This document shows positions 32,129-39,404 of a stretch of 64,000 nucleotides of DNA, in pieces. The stretch is from an uncultured virus (IMG/VR IMGVR_UViG_3300025543_000015). Lineage: Duplodnaviria; Heunggongvirae; Uroviricota; Caudoviricetes; Crassvirales. The notes below the pieces were generated by a model, which saw nothing but the letters and a program-made list of their open reading frames with translations, ran no database searches and was not told the DNA's origin. Each line of letters starts with the position of its first letter. Position 1 is the stretch's first letter. A program made the translations under genes and the position numbers. The DNA lies in IMG/VR virus record IMGVR_UViG_3300025543_000015. One strand, 5' to 3'.

Positions 32129-33055
32129 CTAAAAATTGTTATACGCCACGTTAAAGACTTTAAGACCTAAAGCTCGTGCTCGTCTAACTACTTGTAGCCT
32201 GTCATCAAACATTCCTACAATATAATTATCCTCAGCAATCTTTCTCCACATCTCCTCCTTCACAACCCAATCCGGTCTTTGGTCACCTTTAGGTCTGATG
32301 TATATTTCATCATAAAAAATACCATTATCAGATAACCACTTCTTAGTCTCATCTATACAAACAGCATCTCTGCCTGTACATATTATAACTTTAGTGCTAG
32401 TCATCTCTTCATAGTAGGGTGTCAAAGCTTGTGATATAACCTTAGTAGGATAATCTATTACATCCTCCCCAACCTTGTGCCAATCATAAGGACTTCTAGT
32501 AGCCCTGTCCATATGAGACAATGTTCCATCAATGTCAAATATTACACAATTAGTGTTATCGGGATTTTGACTAAGCTGAACCGGAGTAAAATCTATAGGA
32601 TTTTTAGCCAACTCTACCATTAAACTAGTAAATCTGTTATATTGCTTCTCAATTACGTGCTCTCCAACGCTTCTGCTTCTCATAGAGTCTCTATTTAAGG
32701 CATCTGCCTTGCTGATTTCAAATATCAAAACCTCAGCGTGTACGTTCCAATACTTAAATCTCTCTAAGTACTTGTATGTCAAGTGTGTAGCATCCGCTAT
32801 TACTGTCTTACCAAAATTAAGACCTTCATTGATTAAAGTGTCTTCGTACCTAGTAACCTTCTTTTCAAGACCTGCTACATCATTTCTTAAGTAGTAATCT
32901 TCTATACCTGACTCGGTAAAGCCAAACATAAGCTCTCTGATTTTATCCCTATTGACTATAGTATACTTTGAAGGGTCTTCCAACCACTTCTTGTGAGCCC
33001 AAGTACTTTTACCCGAGCCGCTGATTCCAATTGTTATTATTAAATTTCCTTTCAT
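32129..33055 (-). CDS. pseT: polynucleotide 5'-kinase/3'-phosphatase (T4 PseT-like)
   Basis: P-loop GISGSGKST, VNRDKIR, HAD motif FDIDGT, TGR, RPDWVVK, FDDR. Confidence 0.92.
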   Translation of the reverse strand: MKGNLIITIGISGSGKSTWAHKKWLEDPSKYTIVNRDKIRELMFGFTESGIEDYYLRNDVAGLEKKVTRYEDTLINEGLNFGKTVIADATHLTYKYLERFKYWNVHAEVLIFEISKADALNRDSMRSRSVGEHVIEKQYNRFTSLMVELAKNPIDFTPVQLSQNPDNTNCVIFDIDGTLSHMDRATRSPYDWHKVGEDVIDYPTKVISQALTPYYEEMTSTKVIICTGRDAVCIDETKKWLSDNGIFYDEIYIRPKGDQRPDWVVKEEMWRKIAEDNYIVGMFDDRLQVVRRARALGLKVFNVAYNNF

Positions 33056-33071
33056 TACTTTATTAATTTTA

Positions 33072-34379
33072 TTAGTTCAAAGATTCTATATCAGCTTCAC
33101 CATTATCTAGTTCTTGGCTTTCAAATTCTAAGAACCTAAAGCTCTTAAGCTTATATGACTTACATTCAAATAAATCTTCCACTCTCACAACTACACCTTC
33201 TTCCGGTACTTTGTTTGTACACATGAAGCAGTCTTTTTCGTTGTAAGCCTTCTCTAACCTCTCTATGAAATTTTTTCTCCAAGTCTCTAAGGTAGTGCTG
33301 TAATCAGTGTTGTACCAATCACCTGCTTTACCATAGAAGAATAAGTGAGAAGCTGCTAATCCAACTCTATCACAGAACTCTTTAATCTGAGGGTAGGTAA
33401 GCTCAGTAACTAAACCATCTGGAGTGGTATTGGTGATTCTGTATACCTCTAGCTTGTGCCAAACATTACCTTGGCAACCATAATCAAAATGTTTTTGAAT
33501 AGCTTTACCATTTCTATCGTAACCTAACATTTCACCATATAGAGTCCAACCTTTAGGTATATGCTCACCAATATCATTTTTTATAGTCTCCCACAAGTCA
33601 TAACCAAAGAAGTGGTCTTTAGATTTTGGGTCTTCTAGGTTAGCATTCTTAACCACCTTTCTAGAGCCATAGACTAAATCATACACTAGTTCTGATACAC
33701 TTGCACCAAAAAATTTAGAAACCTTCTCTATAAGGCTTAATTTACGTTTTACTAAAACATTTCCGACCCACCAAGATGTACCGTGTGTTTTATATGTAAT
33801 AGAAATTAAATCTGTAGGCTCAATTTTGTGTATGTTCTTACGAAGATTTTCAGTATCAACATGTAGATGTACTTGACCTTCTACCAATCTTGAAAGCTTT
33901 GGCTTCTTACCAACTCTAGCTTGTGCACCACCCTTAACAGGTACTTGGTACTTCTCAACTAGAAGTTGACCATTAATAGTGTCAAACTCTTTACCTACAT
34001 AATCACCAATATAGCCATCCAACCTACCCCACTGCTCAACAAGTCTAGCAGGTACAATATATCCCATGGATTTCTCACCACGTAGTTTCATAGCCTTAAC
34101 CCTGCAGTTATCCTCAAAGAAACCTTTTTGGTAAGGGTCTGCATTCAATGTATTGTCTCTAAATGAGTTTGTTGACGAGAGTAAGTTTTGAGATATTTTA
34201 CTCTCGATTGGAAAATAGACGTAAATGTCGCCCTCGTTGGCATCTAAACCTGTAATGACATTGTTGAAGTCAATTGAGACCATTTGTAGCCTGTCAGCGT
34301 TAGGATGCTTCTTAAGACCCTTTAACGATACCACCTTACATAAGTAGTTTGGATTTGCGTTTTTACTAATTTCTAACAT
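33072..34379 (-). CDS. RNA ligase (Rnl2/DRB0094-like) with N-terminal tRNA-binding OB-like domain
   Basis: KHPNADRL N-terminus, motif I TYKTHGTS, LYGEM, PEEGVVVR, YKLKSFRF. Confidence 0.85.
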   Translation of the reverse strand: MLEISKNANPNYLCKVVSLKGLKKHPNADRLQMVSIDFNNVITGLDANEGDIYVYFPIESKISQNLLSSTNSFRDNTLNADPYQKGFFEDNCRVKAMKLRGEKSMGYIVPARLVEQWGRLDGYIGDYVGKEFDTINGQLLVEKYQVPVKGGAQARVGKKPKLSRLVEGQVHLHVDTENLRKNIHKIEPTDLISITYKTHGTSWWVGNVLVKRKLSLIEKVSKFFGASVSELVYDLVYGSRKVVKNANLEDPKSKDHFFGYDLWETIKNDIGEHIPKGWTLYGEMLGYDRNGKAIQKHFDYGCQGNVWHKLEVYRITNTTPDGLVTELTYPQIKEFCDRVGLAASHLFFYGKAGDWYNTDYSTTLETWRKNFIERLEKAYNEKDCFMCTNKVPEEGVVVRVEDLFECKSYKLKSFRFLEFESQELDNGEADIESLN

Positions 34380-34455
34380 TTTATTTAAGTTTTATATTAA
34401 ATTCTATGCAAAGATAAGTAAAATAATTTACATGACAATAAAAAAAGTAAAAAAG

Positions 34456-34527
34456 TTTTCCTAGAGAGATTTGAACTCCCACTTCAAGGCTCGTAACCAA
34501 GTGTTCTATCCATTAAACTATAGGAAA
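34456..34527 (-). tRNA. tRNA-Arg(ACG), weak anticodon stem
   Basis: TTTCCTA/TAGGAAA acceptor, loop TT-ACG-AG, GGGAG-TTCAAAT-CTCTC. Confidence 0.75.
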
Positions 34528-34618
34528 ATAATTACCCTAGGGTTTTACTGCAGGTAGCATACCTAGGGTGATAGTGAAGTATTTTTGTCACAAATTTAGC
34601 ATATAATTGTGACAGTAG

Positions 34619-34701
34619 TACCGAGTGTGGGCTTCGAACCCACAAGACACAAGGTCGGCAAGTTTTAAGCCTGCTGCGTTTACCAGTTTCACCAACTCGG
34701 C
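34619..34701 (-). tRNA. tRNA-Leu(TAA)
   Basis: Type II cloverleaf, loop CT-TAA-AA. Confidence 0.9.
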
Positions 34702-34711
34702 ATTTAATCTG

Positions 34712-34792
34712 TAGCATCGGTGGGAATCGAACCCACAAAACTCTAGGGTTTAAGCCTAGGCACTCTACCATTCGCTTTTACGTCACGATGCT
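34712..34792 (-). tRNA. non-canonical tRNA with TAA anticodon (Leu?)
   Basis: AGCATCG/CGATGCT acceptor, CTAGG-CTTAAAC-CCTAG, short variable loop, enlarged D region. Confidence 0.7.
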
Positions 34793-34807
34793 ATTTTGTA
34801 ACATTAG

Positions 34808-34877
34808 TCTAAAAGGTAGGTAACGCTCCTACTTACTCCTACTTCCAAGGCAGGCATGTTACTATAATCGCTTCTAG
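34808..34877 (-). tRNA. tRNA-Pro(TGG), atypical T loop and reduced D arm
   Basis: CTAGAAG/CTTTTAG acceptor, CCTGC-CTTGGAA-GTAGG, T arm GTAGG-AGCGTTA-CCTAC. Confidence 0.65.
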
Positions 34878-34881
34878 GTAT

Positions 34882-34909
34882 AAAAAAACCTCCTAATTGC
34901 TTAGGAGGT
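34882..34909 (-). terminator. attenuator terminator 2, upstream of tRNA cluster 2
   Basis: ACCTCCTAA-GCAA-TTAGGAGGT-TTTTTT ending 4 nt before tRNA-Pro. Confidence 0.85.
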
Positions 34910-34945
34910 CTTTATCTTTATTAATTTAAAACTAAAACATGAATA

Positions 34946-35032
34946 CTAATACCTAAAGTTTACGCATAAAGAGTACTCCCAATTTCCACTAGGTTGTTCC
35001 AAAAGCTCTATATGTAAGCGTAATTTTCTCAT
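34946..35032 (-). CDS. leader peptide 2, MRKLRLHIELLEQPSGNWEYSLCVNFRY
   Basis: 28-codon ORF 17 nt downstream of promoter 35050-35057; contains the antiterminator segment. Confidence 0.75.
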   Translation of the reverse strand: MRKLRLHIELLEQPSGNWEYSLCVNFRY

Positions 35033-35079
35033 TTTTATTATTATCTATGCAAATATACGAATTAAATTAATACCCCTTT

Positions 35080-35271
35080 TTAAAATCTATTAATCCTTTC
35101 GGTAAGAATGTTCAAATAATTAATCATAGCCTTTAGCTGCAGTTTTAAAAGGTCTTGGTCATCTTGGTCTAGCTCATCAAAAGCCTCTGTTAAAATAAAC
35201 TTACCCAACTTCTCCATCTTATCTTTGAGTTCTGTTCCCTCATCAATAACTCTTTGTTTGTAGTCTTCCAT
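35080..35271 (-). CDS. small helical protein (crAss001_48-like)
   Basis: MEDYKQRVIDE..EL..K..KL..FI...LL..Q...M..Y..IL..RI pattern. Confidence 0.65.
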   Translation of the reverse strand: MEDYKQRVIDEGTELKDKMEKLGKFILTEAFDELDQDDQDLLKLQLKAMINYLNILTERINRF

Positions 35272-35273
35272 AA

Positions 35274-35435
35274 TTAAATTAGTTTTTTGTAGTGTACAAT
35301 AAGCTTATGCACCTTACTGTCGTAGTAGCTATCGAACTCTTTGTAGCCTTCGTCATCTTTTTGATACAGTGCATAGAAAACATTTCTAAGCTGCTTTGAG
35401 GGTGACACCTCTTTTATTTTTCTAGTCCTACTCAT
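35274..35435 (-). CDS. small hypothetical protein (53 aa)
   Basis: MSRTRKIKEVSPSKQLRNVFYALYQ...; fills the intergenic gap; not in the ORF track. Confidence 0.6.
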   Translation of the reverse strand: MSRTRKIKEVSPSKQLRNVFYALYQKDDEGYKEFDSYYDSKVHKLIVHYKKLI

Positions 35436-36129
35436 TTCCTTTAAGTTTTAAGTATGCTGAATAATAAGCAGAAATCTCTTCTGTTATCTCTTGAACCTGT
35501 TTTAATACCTCAACACATCTCTTTTTTGAGATTGGTCTATCTATTAGTTCAGCCTCTTTAGTTAAGGTAAGCTCCTCACCTGCAAAAGCATTCCCTGCTC
35601 TGCCAATAAGTACTACAGAACCTTTGTCGGGATACTTCCCAAACTCTTGTTCTAGAGCTGCTGCGTAGATGTCAACCTGTAGGTAATCATCAGCTTTATA
35701 CTCCGGTGCTCTCTTCTCAATCTCACCCGTCTTGTAATCAACTAATTCCTTAACATACATAACAGGTTCTTCACCCCCCTTGTTACCAATCTCCGGAGCA
35801 GTGTTTGTATCTATAAATCCTAATACATAGAACCCTTTCATCTTAAGCTTAATCTTCTTCTCAAACTCATCAAAGTGAGGTAGGGTCTGCAAAAACTTAG
35901 CTTCATCCTTATCCCACGCTGAGTAATCATTGTTCTCATAAGCCTCACCAACCTTGTGACCAAAATCTCCGTACTTCTGTAGGGCTGCATTGTCATCCGG
36001 TTCACCAAAGAAGTACTTTCGCATGTACTCTCTTTTATTACGTTTCCATTTACTAATCTGCGAGTAGGAGATATAATAATTTCCGTCCTCGTCTTTTCTA
36101 GGTAATACTAATTGCTTTACTTTACTCAT
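35428..36129 (-). CDS. PD-(D/E)XK (Cas4/RecB-like) nuclease
   Basis: ISYSQI, GFID, LVDYKTG, QVDIYA. Confidence 0.8.
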   Translation of the reverse strand: MSKVKQLVLPRKDEDGNYYISYSQISKWKRNKREYMRKYFFGEPDDNAALQKYGDFGHKVGEAYENNDYSAWDKDEAKFLQTLPHFDEFEKKIKLKMKGFYVLGFIDTNTAPEIGNKGGEEPVMYVKELVDYKTGEIEKRAPEYKADDYLQVDIYAAALEQEFGKYPDKGSVVLIGRAGNAFAGEELTLTKEAELIDRPISKKRCVEVLKQVQEITEEISAYYSAYLKLKGNE

Positions 36130-37046
36130 TACTTTCCTGCTTTTAGGGCTCTTACATGAGCTTTGGTTATCTTAGTCTTCTTAGCTTTAGCTGTTGAGGT
36201 CATAGCATTTAAAACCTCAAGTGCTTTGTCTTGCTCATCTTCACTCATAGCATCTATTAAAGCTTTGAGCTCCTTCTTCTCTGCAGCACCGTACTTACCA
36301 CCGTTAAATAGTTTGGTGATTAAATCATCTTCTACTACAGGAGCAGGCTCATCATTAGCAGCTTCTAGAGGCTCTTCTAATCTCATCTTCTTGAAGACAT
36401 TTATTGTTGTGATAACATCCTTTCTACAGTAAGCTGAAATTCTATCCAAACCTTTACGACCCTCATTCCAATAAGTTTTAGCTACATCAGCTCCGGAAAT
36501 ATCATCCTTTGGTGAAGGTAGTCCAAAAGCTGTGGCTACATTAATTAAAGATGCTCTCTCAAAGCTTGAACTCTTCCACTCTAGTGCTAAGTCAATGTGG
36601 TCTATCTCCCACGGTTTCAATCCGGATACATCCAACTTATCGTGTGGCTCTATACCATTGATAACCATACGCTTGTATACAAATGGTGTATCAAAACCAT
36701 TGTTAACGAACCCTACTAGGTTACACTTAATGTTACGCTCAACTAGTTTGTTGAACTCATTAAGCAGCTCTCCCTCACTATCATGGTCTAATGTTATCAA
36801 GTAAATCTTACCTTTAACAATCTTACCAACCACAATGCTAACTATCTTGGCAAACTCCGGATGCAGCCCTGCACCTTTAGAGTAGGACTCAATAATCTCA
36901 TCGTTACTGAGCTCCCCTTTCTTATTTACCTTATACGCCCAACTGTCAAACAGTGGTGTATCCAATTCTAACTGCTTCACTACAGATGCAGTCTCAATGT
37001 CGAAGAATAATAAATTCTCCTCTTTTAACTTTTTTAATACTCTCAT
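36129..37046 (-). CDS. PolB-related 3'-5' exonuclease (DEDD)
   Basis: FFDIET, GFVNNGFDTPF, YCRKDV. Confidence 0.8.
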   Translation of the reverse strand: MRVLKKLKEENLLFFDIETASVVKQLELDTPLFDSWAYKVNKKGELSNDEIIESYSKGAGLHPEFAKIVSIVVGKIVKGKIYLITLDHDSEGELLNEFNKLVERNIKCNLVGFVNNGFDTPFVYKRMVINGIEPHDKLDVSGLKPWEIDHIDLALEWKSSSFERASLINVATAFGLPSPKDDISGADVAKTYWNEGRKGLDRISAYCRKDVITTINVFKKMRLEEPLEAANDEPAPVVEDDLITKLFNGGKYGAAEKKELKALIDAMSEDEQDKALEVLNAMTSTAKAKKTKITKAHVRALKAGK

Positions 37047-37063
37047 ACTTTATTTATATTTAA

Positions 37064-37225
37064 TTAAACTATCTCTAATTGTACTGCCCAACCACTTTCT
37101 TGTAAAGCCCTTATGTTAAGTGAGTAATCCTTCGGGTCTATATCATAAGGCATGAACACAGTTTTAGTTTCTGTGTCCAAATACCTTATAGTACCATCAA
37201 AATCATATGTCCAACCTCTAGCCAT
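37064..37225 (-). CDS. small hypothetical protein (53 aa)
   Basis: MARGWTYDFDGTIRYLDTE...; fills the gap; not in the ORF track. Confidence 0.55.
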   Translation of the reverse strand: MARGWTYDFDGTIRYLDTETKTVFMPYDIDPKDYSLNIRALQESGWAVQLEIV

Positions 37226-38204
37226 TGAAATTATCTATTATCTCCTGTAAGTAATTATTATACTCCCTATGAGAAATTTTGTATTGAACTCCGTCATCTT
37301 TACACTTCATAATATATTGCATTGTTCCTGCAGCAGTAGTAGTAACCTTAAACAACTCTACATTCAATCCACCACAATGAGGACATCCATACTTCTCTCC
37401 ACCTTCGTGTGTGCTCACATTAATTACGTGACCCATATACTTACGAAGCTTTAAGAATATCTCCTCTGTAGTAACAATGTCTCCTACATTATAAGCAACC
37501 ATCTTAGCTAGATACTCCTCCTGCTCTTCCGGTGTACCATCCTCAATCATATCCCACATAACTATTCCTTCGTGAGACTGCTTTAAGGTAACACCCATAA
37601 ATTTAGCTAGGTAATCCATAGAGTAGCTTAATAACCTAAACAACCTTTTCGACTGCTTGATAATATCAAATGATTTAACATAGACATTAACAAAGAGGTT
37701 ATACTTCATAGCCTTAGCATTTATCCAACGGTCATCAAAGTTTTTATTGTTGTACCCAACAACCATGTCAGCTTCATTATAAACATCTAGGAATTTCTCC
37801 ATCAGCTCTTTATCAGTATGGGTCTTCATATCCCAAATTAAATGGTGTACAGTCTCTTCTCCTAACCACCTCCAAGATATAGATATAATCTGAGGCTCTC
37901 CCCTAATCTGTTTGTAGTTTATGTAGGTCTTACCTGTCCAAAAAAGTTTTGCTGCAACCCTACTAGTTTCAATATCATATATCAAAATCTTTGTAGGATT
38001 TACAATATTACTAGACATAAGCCCTAGCTCCATTTTATTAGCCCAATCTCTAATGGTTCTCTTTGATACATCAAAATGTTCAGATAATTTCTCTTGAATT
38101 TCGTCCCTACTTAATGTCCTTTTAGAAGACCCATATTTATACTTTGGGTCATACATTTTTGCTATAAGGTGCTTATCATCTAATGTTAAATTCTTATACT
38201 TCAT
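37218..38204 (-). CDS. RNase H-fold (DEDD) exonuclease with N-terminal HTH and C-terminal Zn finger
   Basis: IYDIET, GYNNKNFD, YNVGDI, CPHCG...C. Confidence 0.8.
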   Translation of the reverse strand: MKYKNLTLDDKHLIAKMYDPKYKYGSSKRTLSRDEIQEKLSEHFDVSKRTIRDWANKMELGLMSSNIVNPTKILIYDIETSRVAAKLFWTGKTYINYKQIRGEPQIISISWRWLGEETVHHLIWDMKTHTDKELMEKFLDVYNEADMVVGYNNKNFDDRWINAKAMKYNLFVNVYVKSFDIIKQSKRLFRLLSYSMDYLAKFMGVTLKQSHEGIVMWDMIEDGTPEEQEEYLAKMVAYNVGDIVTTEEIFLKLRKYMGHVINVSTHEGGEKYGCPHCGGLNVELFKVTTTAAGTMQYIMKCKDDGVQYKISHREYNNYLQEIIDNFNG

Positions 38205-38370
38205 TCTCTTTCAGATTTGATTTTAAATGTTTAAGTGATTCCGTCATATTGTCGATAGCATCTCCTGCCTCCTTGAACTCGTTGTCCATAAGTGCTTCAT
38301 AGATTGTGTCCGTTTCATCGTGTAGATTGCTTGTAATCCTCGATATACTCTTGACCTTATTTTTGTCCAT
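38194..38370 (-). CDS. small hypothetical protein (58 aa)
   Basis: MDKNKVKSISRITSNLHDETDTIYEALMD...; overlaps both neighbours; not in the ORF track. Confidence 0.55.
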   Translation of the reverse strand: MDKNKVKSISRITSNLHDETDTIYEALMDNEFKEAGDAIDNMTESLKHLKSNLKENEV

Positions 38371-38830
38371 ACCCTTTTGATTTTAAAATTTCTATTACTT
38401 TAATACAATCCTTTTTGTTTCTAGGTACAAATAACAGGACTTCTCTATCTAAACCTTTAATATACTTCTTAAATAACCTCCAAGTTCTAGAGAAGTCCGG
38501 CATTGCCCTACCTTTAGTTTCTATTACCCATTCAAGCTCTTGGTCTGCAGGGTTGGTGAAGTCGGGTGTGTAGATTGAATCTTTATATGTCTTCTTACCT
38601 CTATCCTTAAAATCACCTTTACCATTTAGAAACCTCTCGTGAGACTCTCCTGTGTACTTAAACCCATCGTCAATAATAAATTTCTGCCCTTCATAGCTGT
38701 GGGCTATAAACGCCCCTTTTAATAGCTCAGACATTTCCAACTCTAAACCGGATTGAAAAATATTACCTCTCTTCTTTACTTTTTTAGCATTTGTTTGACT
38801 ATTGTAGCCCTTCTTTGTCTTCCTTGCCAT
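38357..38830 (-). CDS. T7 endonuclease I-like nuclease/resolvase
   Basis: FQSGLE, YTPDF, IETKG. Confidence 0.8.
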   Translation of the reverse strand: MARKTKKGYNSQTNAKKVKKRGNIFQSGLELEMSELLKGAFIAHSYEGQKFIIDDGFKYTGESHERFLNGKGDFKDRGKKTYKDSIYTPDFTNPADQELEWVIETKGRAMPDFSRTWRLFKKYIKGLDREVLLFVPRNKKDCIKVIEILKSKGYGQK

Positions 38831-39392
38831 ATCTGTATTTTAAATAACCTTCGACTACCTTAACTCGTTCAAGGAGTCCATACTCTACACAAGTTTTCCA
38901 AACATCGTCAACCTGTGGTTTTTCTAAAGTAGTTAACCAATCAAATAGTTGGTCTAAATCTAATGACTCTAGAAATTCTGTCTTAGCTTTTAAGAAGTCT
39001 TTCCAATCCTTCTCATCGTAGCCTGTAAATGTTTTAGGCTCTACATAAGGTTTAAACTCCGGTTGCTCATCGTCATCATCGTCATCTAAATCATCCGGAT
39101 TAAAATTGAACCCTTTAAAACCGTGGTAAGTATCATCCTGCTCGTCCTCCTCATCTTTATTATCAGTAATGATAGGTGTGTTATTCTTTAAACCCTCAGC
39201 TTTATCACTAGGTAAGTTTTCTTTATCTAGAAACCAATTGCCTGTAAGCCTTAACCAATCTAAATTAGACTCAAGAAGTCTTTTATAAGCATGCTCAAAA
39301 TTTTCACCCTGTATGTACATATTGCTTAGAGACCTCATCAATTCTCCTGTCTTTAGGTTCAATGTGAACTTCTCTGTTTCCCATAATTTCAT
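38799..39392 (-). CDS. acidic hypothetical protein
   Basis: 197 aa ORF in the replication operon. Confidence 0.65.
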   Translation of the reverse strand: MKLWETEKFTLNLKTGELMRSLSNMYIQGENFEHAYKRLLESNLDWLRLTGNWFLDKENLPSDKAEGLKNNTPIITDNKDEEDEQDDTYHGFKGFNFNPDDLDDDDDDEQPEFKPYVEPKTFTGYDEKDWKDFLKAKTEFLESLDLDQLFDWLTTLEKPQVDDVWKTCVEYGLLERVKVVEGYLKYRYGKEDKEGLQ

Positions 39393-39404
39393 ATATTATT
39401 GTTT

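Noticed and set aside
34532..34771. 79-aa ORF in the track
   Set aside because: It overlaps two tRNA genes; spurious.
30335..34880. tRNA-associated HDV-like (theta) ribozymes or tmRNA
   Set aside because: Spacers after the tRNAs are too short or do not fit the nested double-pseudoknot pattern by eye. No tmRNA ends or tag frame recognised. A covariance search could overturn this.
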